A stretch of DNA of 64,000 nt from an uncultured delta proteobacterium. Lineage in GTDB: Bacteria > Desulfobacterota > Syntrophorhabdia > Syntrophorhabdales > WCHB1-27. This document shows, one piece after another, positions 58,904 through 64,000 of the stretch (position 1 is its first letter; each line of letters opens with the position of its first letter). The stretch spans positions 7,558 through 71,557 of the forward strand of contig CAWFRA010000001.1 in the NCBI GenBank assembly GCA_963818095.1. Reading direction: 5' to 3'. The notes under the pieces were generated by a model that was given only the letters and a program-made list of their open reading frames with translations, searched no databases and was not told where the DNA came from. A program made the translations under genes and the position numbers.

Positions 58904-59740
58904 ATGCAGAAAGTAAGGAACTTCTTTAAAAAGGCTTTTACGGCGATTACGATAATGGTAGTGCCGCATTCCGGCATTACTCCCCGGCAGTTGAAGATAC
59001 CCTTCGCAGTGATCGTGCTTCTCATCGTCGGGTGGGGCTTCGGCACTGCTTATGCCGTCTCGGTCGGGGTCCGCACGGCCCAATACCTTGAGATGAGCAA
59101 GCGGCTCGCCTATTTCTCGGACAAATTCCTCGAGATGCGGTCCAGCCTTTCCAGCCTCCAGACACATGACAAAGAGTTCAGACAGCTCCTTGCCATGAAG
59201 TCGAAGAAGGATATACTCAAGACGGCCGGCCATAGGGAAACAGGCTATCCGGACGTGGACCTGCTGAAGAAGGAGATCGACGAGTCGATGTCCTCCGTCA
59301 CGGAGATAAAGCAGTATCTCAGGGAAGAGCGGGATGCCTATTACGCCACGCCGGAAGGATGGCCCGCGCCGGGCGTCTTAAGTTCTGTCTTCGGGAAAAG
59401 GCTCAGCCCCAAAACAGGCGAGCCGGCTTTCCATTCGGGCATAGACATCAGGGTGTCCGTGGGCACCCCTGTGAGGGCCACAGCCGACGGCGTCATAGGC
59501 GTCTCGGGTTGGGTCGGCGGCAACGGCAATATCGTCTTCATAGAGCACGGGCACGATTTCAGCACGGCTTATGCACATAACAGCAGGCTCCTTGTGAAGG
59601 TCGGACAGAGGGTTAAGCGCGGCGACGTCATAGCCCTCTCGGGCAACACCGGAAATACTACCGGTCCACACGTACATTACGAGGTGTGGCGGCACAGGGT
59701 CCCAATGGACCCGATCCCATTCTTAGGGGGTAAATCATGA
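58904..59740 (+). CDS. M23/LytM-family metallopeptidase with an N-terminal TM and coiled coil
   Basis: HSGIDIRVSVGTPVRATADGVI, GNIVFIEHG, TGPHVHYEV. Confidence 0.85.
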   Translation: MQKVRNFFKKAFTAITIMVVPHSGITPRQLKIPFAVIVLLIVGWGFGTAYAVSVGVRTAQYLEMSKRLAYFSDKFLEMRSSLSSLQTHDKEFRQLLAMKSKKDILKTAGHRETGYPDVDLLKKEIDESMSSVTEIKQYLREERDAYYATPEGWPAPGVLSSVFGKRLSPKTGEPAFHSGIDIRVSVGTPVRATADGVIGVSGWVGGNGNIVFIEHGHDFSTAYAHNSRLLVKVGQRVKRGDVIALSGNTGNTTGPHVHYEVWRHRVPMDPIPFLGGKS

Positions 59741-60117
59741 TGGGCGGCAAGAAAGAGCAGCAGTATATGACTGTGATAGGGGCCGATTCCAGTCTGCACG
59801 GCGAGCTGGTTTCCAAGGGGACGGTCAGGATTGACGGTTCTTTCGAGGGGAACATGCAGGCGGACTCGGTGATTATCGGCGAATCGGGCATCATAAAGGG
59901 CGACATCGTCTCGCGGAGCGCGACGATAGGCGGCAAGCTGGAGGGTTCCGTAACCTGCAGCGAGGCGGTCTCGATCACGACGAAAGGCCACGTCCAGGGA
60001 GACCTCTCGACACCCAAGCTCTCCCTGCCCGAGGGTGGCATCTTCGAGGGCCGCGCCCATATGCTCGATGCAGACAGCGCTACCGTGCTGCCTATCACGG
60101 GCGCAGAGAAAAAATAA
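59737..60117 (+). CDS. Bactofilin (CcmA-like polymer-forming cytoskeletal protein)
   Basis: Beta-helical repeats GTVRIDGSFEGNMQADSVIIGESGIIKGDIVSRSATIGGKLEGSVTCSEAVSITTKGHVQGDL. There is a 4-nt overlap with the M23 gene. Confidence 0.85.
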   Translation: MMGGKKEQQYMTVIGADSSLHGELVSKGTVRIDGSFEGNMQADSVIIGESGIIKGDIVSRSATIGGKLEGSVTCSEAVSITTKGHVQGDLSTPKLSLPEGGIFEGRAHMLDADSATVLPITGAEKK

Positions 60118-60141
60118 CGGCCGGGTGCGAAGCAAGGCAGG

Positions 60142-60182
60142 CCGGGTGAGCGGAAAGGGCTTCCGCTCACCCGGCTTTTTTT
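60142..60182 (+). terminator. Rho-independent terminator
   Basis: ccgggtgagcggaa-agggc-ttccgctcacccgg, followed by cttttttt. Confidence 0.85.
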
Positions 60183-60540
60183 GCGCCCCTGGTGCGGGAC
60201 CTGGGCAGTGTCGCAGCACCCGGAATAAGGCAAAACGGAACAGTCAAGGCAATCGATTCGATTAACCCTCCGGGCCGATTTACAAAAAGCCGGGTCATTG
60301 TCCCTTTCTCCGTCACCCCGGTCCTCTTCTCCGTCATCCCCGTTCGCGGAAGCCGGTATGCCAGAGGTCTTCGCAAGCGCTTGAAAGAGATGGATTCCGG
60401 GTCAAGCCCGGAATGACGGAAGAAGAGGAAACGCACAGCCGTCAGGTGGGAATAACTTTTGCGGATTGCTCCAAGGTGGTGTTAAACAAAAACGGCCGCC
60501 CTTATCAGGGGCGGCCGCGTTGATCGCAGATCCGGTGGTT

Positions 60541-61253
60541 TCAGCCCTTTGTGTTATACCTTTTCCTCATCATGCCAAGGCCCAACAAGCCGGGGACAAG
60601 CAGGAGGACCGTTGGAGGAATCGGGACCGGAGACGAAGGGTTCAGCATGAAACGCTGGGAAGTACTGGTGTCGGTAGCGCTCCAGTTGGTAGGAATGAAA
60701 ACGGAGTTGTCGGCCACGTACCCGTGAGTGGCCGCGTATACGGCATCGTTGATCCATTGCTGGGCCGTCGCATCCAGCGGAGCACCGGTTGAGCCGGGGA
60801 CCATGATATTCCATATGGCGACGCTGATAGGGCCGACATAGGCCGCGTTAGCAGCGTTCGGACCCGTCTGGGTCATGCCGCCCAGATGATCGACCAGCCA
60901 TGAAGCTTCCGTGTAGAGCAAGACTTGTCCGGCGGAGAAACCGGCGGTACTGGTAGGGACGGATGACCAGCTCGAGGGGGTATACCACGTACCGTTCACG
61001 GGAGTCCCCTCCAACGCTCCATGGGAATAATCCAGGCAGGTCACATATCCGGAAAATGTTTGCGTTCCGTACACTACACTGGCGCTGTAAGGGCTGACAG
61101 GCACATTGGCGCCGCCATTCGGAATTGTGTACATAACCAGTTATTAGCCGGATTATCGGTAAGCTGCACGCTCCCGGATAAGATGTCAGCAAAGGCGTTG
61201 GACGCAAGAAGCAAAAATACGAAAACCAGTCCTATCGAGCCGATCTTTTTCAT
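60541..61253 (-). CDS. PEP-CTERM-type sorted secreted protein (VPIP variant) with one frameshift near 61120
   Basis: Signal peptide MKKIGSIGLVFVFLLLASNAFA (ORF 61074-61289). The body is in ORF 60541-61134. C-terminus is SPVPIPPTVLLLVPGLLGLGMMRKR. Confidence 0.7.
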
Positions 61254-61529
61254 AGTATCCGCCCCTCTCCCTTCGTTTTCTGCAGCCACCCCTTACTAAC
61301 TGGTGCTACTGCCATGCTGCGTGCTCTACGGTTCGTTTGGATTGCTTGTCGTATAGTGTTATATAGGATCGGCTCCAATGTCAACACAAAAATTTATCGG
61401 CAATGCCGAATTTTTCTTTAATTTGGGCGTTTGCTTCGTCCCGGCCGTTATGCGATAAGAGGTTATACTTGTGATTACAGCTATTTGCGCTTTATGACAG
61501 AAAACCGTGATTGCATTGAAAAAAATTAT

Positions 61530-61558
61530 TTGACAATGTATTTACAAGTGTGTAGACT
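61530..61558 (+). promoter_or_regulatory. Sigma70-like promoter with an A-rich upstream element, ahead of the VPEID-CTERM/xrtE genes
   Basis: TTGACA (61530-61535), 17 nt, TAGACT (61553-61558). gaaaaaaattat lies upstream. Confidence 0.5.
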
Positions 61559-61643
61559 ATCCCTTCAAAGAGCGTACAACAAGACCAGTCGTTATAATTA
61601 TCGCTCGTAGCTTTCTTCTCGAAAGAGTGGAGGAGCAGAAGCA

Positions 61644-61814
61644 ATGAGACTAATCAGATGTATAGTTGCCGCATTCTTCATCCTTGCAGCCTGGGCAGGC
61701 AATACGTGGGCGTTGCCTTACTTCCCGGAGATCGACTGGTCGGGTGCATCATCCGCAATAGGGCTTCTCGTTTGCGCCGTTCTGGTTCTCTTCGAGAGAA
61801 GGGTTAAGATCTGA
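61644..61814 (+). CDS. 56-aa mini-protein: signal peptide directly followed by a VPEID-CTERM-type sorting signal
   Basis: GGAGGAG lies 8 nt upstream. MRLIRCIVAAFFILAAWAGNTWA-LPY-FPEID-WSGASSAIGLLVCAVLVLF-ERRVKI. It is too short for the ORF track. Confidence 0.6.
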   Translation: MRLIRCIVAAFFILAAWAGNTWALPYFPEIDWSGASSAIGLLVCAVLVLFERRVKI

Positions 61815-61888
61815 CCTCCCGAAAGGGACACGTCCGGGCGTCCCTTATCGCAATTGCCGGTTTCGAAATATTCCTGTTAGCCATACGG

Positions 61889-63382
61889 GTGGAAGCACCC
61901 ACATCCGGGTTCTTGTCTTACACAAGGGGTCTGCCTGCCCTTGCGATGGTATTCATCCTGTTCGCCCTGCTCATGTCGCGCTGGGCGCCCGCCGCCGATT
62001 CGCGGGAGCGCATTCCCTTTGGTGAATCATCCTCCCTGCTGTTCATCATGCTGCCCATCCAGGTGGCGATCTACATACTCTTCTCCCAATTGACCGTATT
62101 AGTTTTCCGGGCCGGCGCCCTCTCGTGGCCTCCGACGCCTGCGGCCGTAGGATGGGTAGTATCGGGCCTCGGCGCAGTCGTCTTATGGTGCATGGCGGCC
62201 GTGCCCGCGCGCTATTGGGGACGGCTGGCCTCCCGGTGCTCGCCCCTTATTGCGCCGTGCGCCATACTCGCAGGCCTTTCCCTGATCTCCGGTGTGCTCG
62301 CTACGCGCGCCTGGGAGCCCCTGCGAAGCTGGACCTTCGCTTTGGCCGCAGGTCTTTTGAGGTGGCTCGGCCAGGACGTCTTCAGTCAGCCGAAAGAGAT
62401 GGTACTAGGCGTGAACGGGTTCAATGCAGGCATCTATTGGCCGTGCTCCGGTTACGAGGGCATCGGTCTTATGGTGCTCTTCGTCGGGGCCTACCTCTGG
62501 TTCTTCCGGTCCAGGCTGCGCTTCCCCCTGGCCCTGCTGCTTTTCCCTATCGGCGCGCTGACTATCTGGCTCGTGAACGTCGCGAGGATCGCGGCTTTAC
62601 TCATGCTGGGCGCCTATGTCTCGCCGAAGCTCGCCTCCGAAGGTTTCCACTCGCAGGTCGGATGGCTCGCATTCATTGCGGTATCGCTCGGGACCGTGGG
62701 CCTGGCCGAGAAATCGAGGGTCTTGTCCAAAGTGGCCGGCAGCCGCACGCGCCGTGCAGGGAGAGTGACCGCGTATCTCGTGCCGCTGATGGTCCTTCTC
62801 GGCTCGGGCCTTTTCATGGGCCTTTTTACCAACGGGTTCGACCGGTTCTATGTCCTGCGGAGCATAGCCGCGGCTGCGGCGCTCCTTTATTACTGGCGGC
62901 CCGCGCCGCTACGTGAGCTGTTTTCCGGGCTTTCCTGGCGCCCGTTCGCGGCGGGCGTCCTCGCCTATATCGTCTGGACCGCCTTACAGCCGGCAGGGGG
63001 TCACCAGACCTCGACTGTCAGCCACGGCCTCGCCCTCATGACGCCGGGACTTGCCGCTGCCTGGATTTTTTTCCGCGCGGCCGGCTCGGTCCTCGTAGTG
63101 CCTGCGGTAGAGGAGCTTGCATTTCGCGGGTACCTGCTCCGGCGGCTCTCGACGCAGGGCACGGCCGGGCTGCGCTTCTCACTGGCAGCGTTCGTCCTAT
63201 CATCAGTCCTTTTCGGAGCGATGCACGGGCGCTGGGTAGTCGGAGCATTTGCCGGCGCATGCTATGCATGGACGATGTACAAGCGGGACCGCGTGGTGGA
63301 TGCATGGATAGCGCACGCGCTCACCAACGCGCTGATAGCATGTGAAGTGCTGCTGCTGGGGCATTATTCGCTCTGGTCTTAG
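61889..63382 (+). CDS. xrtE: Exosortase fused to a CPBP/CAAX-type intramembrane protease (XrtE-like)
   Basis: Exosortase motifs WPCSGYEGIGL and WLVNVARIAALLMLG. C-terminal CPBP motifs VPAVEELAFRGYLLRRL, LFGAMHG, HALTNAL. Confidence 0.8.
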   Translation: MEAPTSGFLSYTRGLPALAMVFILFALLMSRWAPAADSRERIPFGESSSLLFIMLPIQVAIYILFSQLTVLVFRAGALSWPPTPAAVGWVVSGLGAVVLWCMAAVPARYWGRLASRCSPLIAPCAILAGLSLISGVLATRAWEPLRSWTFALAAGLLRWLGQDVFSQPKEMVLGVNGFNAGIYWPCSGYEGIGLMVLFVGAYLWFFRSRLRFPLALLLFPIGALTIWLVNVARIAALLMLGAYVSPKLASEGFHSQVGWLAFIAVSLGTVGLAEKSRVLSKVAGSRTRRAGRVTAYLVPLMVLLGSGLFMGLFTNGFDRFYVLRSIAAAAALLYYWRPAPLRELFSGLSWRPFAAGVLAYIVWTALQPAGGHQTSTVSHGLALMTPGLAAAWIFFRAAGSVLVVPAVEELAFRGYLLRRLSTQGTAGLRFSLAAFVLSSVLFGAMHGRWVVGAFAGACYAWTMYKRDRVVDAWIAHALTNALIACEVLLLGHYSLWS

Positions 63383-63759
63383 GTACTAAGAGACAAAGAA
63401 AAGCAAAGGCGGAGCACTGCGGGCGGCTGGTACCGTAGAGACGGGTGGGATAATAAGACATCAATTCTATCAGAGGGTCTTTATGATCGGGCTTGCACAT
63501 GGGACGGTGGCATGAGGGCAAGAGCCGGTAATCACGAAATGCCGTGTGAAATGTAGCAAGGTGGAATTGCGCCGGCGCGTTAGCGATTTGCTCCATCGTT
63601 TTGTTGGCCCGCGTCCTTTTCTATTTCTGCCACTTTGTTGGGTTCCTTGCCATCCTTTGGGTACCATAGATTATTGTTCGAAAGTACGGAATTGGGAAAA
63701 ACGCTCTTACAACGTTTGTATAAAATACCCAGGGGCGTTCTGTCAGGTTCTAGAAGTGC

Positions 63760-64000
63760 TCATTTTGATATACGAAGCCGGCGCGGCCCCGCTAGGTCGA
63801 ATTCCCAGAAACGAATGAATTGGACTTCCAAAAACAATCCCTGGATCTCGAAGGTGCCAAAAGTCCCTTTGATTTCTTTCAATAGATCGAAAGTCTTGCG
63901 GTACCACATGCTCGTCTTCAAAAGAGAACAGGCCAATGTACGGTTTAGGCCATTGAGCCCGCTTGTGGAAAAGCTCGGCGATATTATGCAGTTTCTGGAT
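63760..64000 (-). CDS. Partial unknown ORF running off the window, with an apparent frameshift near 63890
   Basis: IQKLHNIAELFHKRAQWPKPYIGLFSFEDEHVVPQ.., then the next frame KTFDLLKEIKGTFGTFEIQGLFLEVQFIRFWEFD..stop at 63760. AT-richer region. Confidence 0.3.
   Translation of the reverse strand, partial: SRNCIISPSFSTSGLNGLNRTLACSLLKTSMWYRKTFDLLKEIKGTFGTFEIQGLFLEVQFIRFWEFDLAGPRRLRISK

Noticed and set aside
1-64000. Searched for CRISPR arrays, rRNA, integrases and transposases.
   Set aside because: The repeats I found are dispersed single copies (families A-D), not regularly spaced arrays. No ORF shows integrase (R..HxxR..Y) or DDE/HUH transposase hallmarks. No rRNA-like conserved strings were seen.

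Overview
High-GC bacterial chromosomal window. My guess from gene content is an anaerobe of the Desulfobacterota/Nitrospirota type: hgcAB, 2-oxoacid:ferredoxin oxidoreductase, exosortase/PEP-CTERM and many PAS/Cache sensor kinases.

The core genes are cell-envelope proteins, two-component sensors, an ars operon, fba, korAB and queDE. By eye, several AT-richer accessory islands interrupt them:
- ~24.8-28.1 kb: a GNAT-PIN-ASCH module plus a RelE-like gene.
- ~33.7-35.2 kb: a Fic pseudogene flanked by direct repeats.
- ~45.1-51.2 kb: a queE-queD cassette and a BfiI-like type IIS R-M locus with a PLD-family nuclease.
- ~63.4 kb to the window end.
Two PIN-type TA pairs (VapBC-like at 20 kb, RHH-PIN at 33 kb) are also present. 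I found no rRNA, convincing tRNA, CRISPR array, integrase or transposase.

Most interesting observations:
1. An unrecognised two-gene GNAT-PIN-PUA/ASCH-like plus small ASCH module.
2. hgcA-hgcB (mercury methylation) co-oriented with and overlapping arsC, divergent from arsR-acr3.
3. An OsmC-family gene with an in-frame TGA at the catalytic-Cys position, followed by a SECIS-like hairpin.
4. An XrtE-type exosortase/CPBP-protease fusion preceded by a 56-aa VPEID-CTERM mini-substrate.
5. A cytoplasmic YkuD (L,D-transpeptidase fold)::MurC/Mpl ligase fusion.
6. A KaiC-fragment::KaiB fusion next to an eroded PAS/receiver gene.
7. Several families of MITE/REP-like intergenic repeats.

Major caveat: about 30 apparent single-nucleotide frameshifts hit unrelated, otherwise well-conserved genes, including fba, korA, hgcA and arsR. 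These may be consensus indel errors rather than real decay, so every pseudogene call here is provisional.
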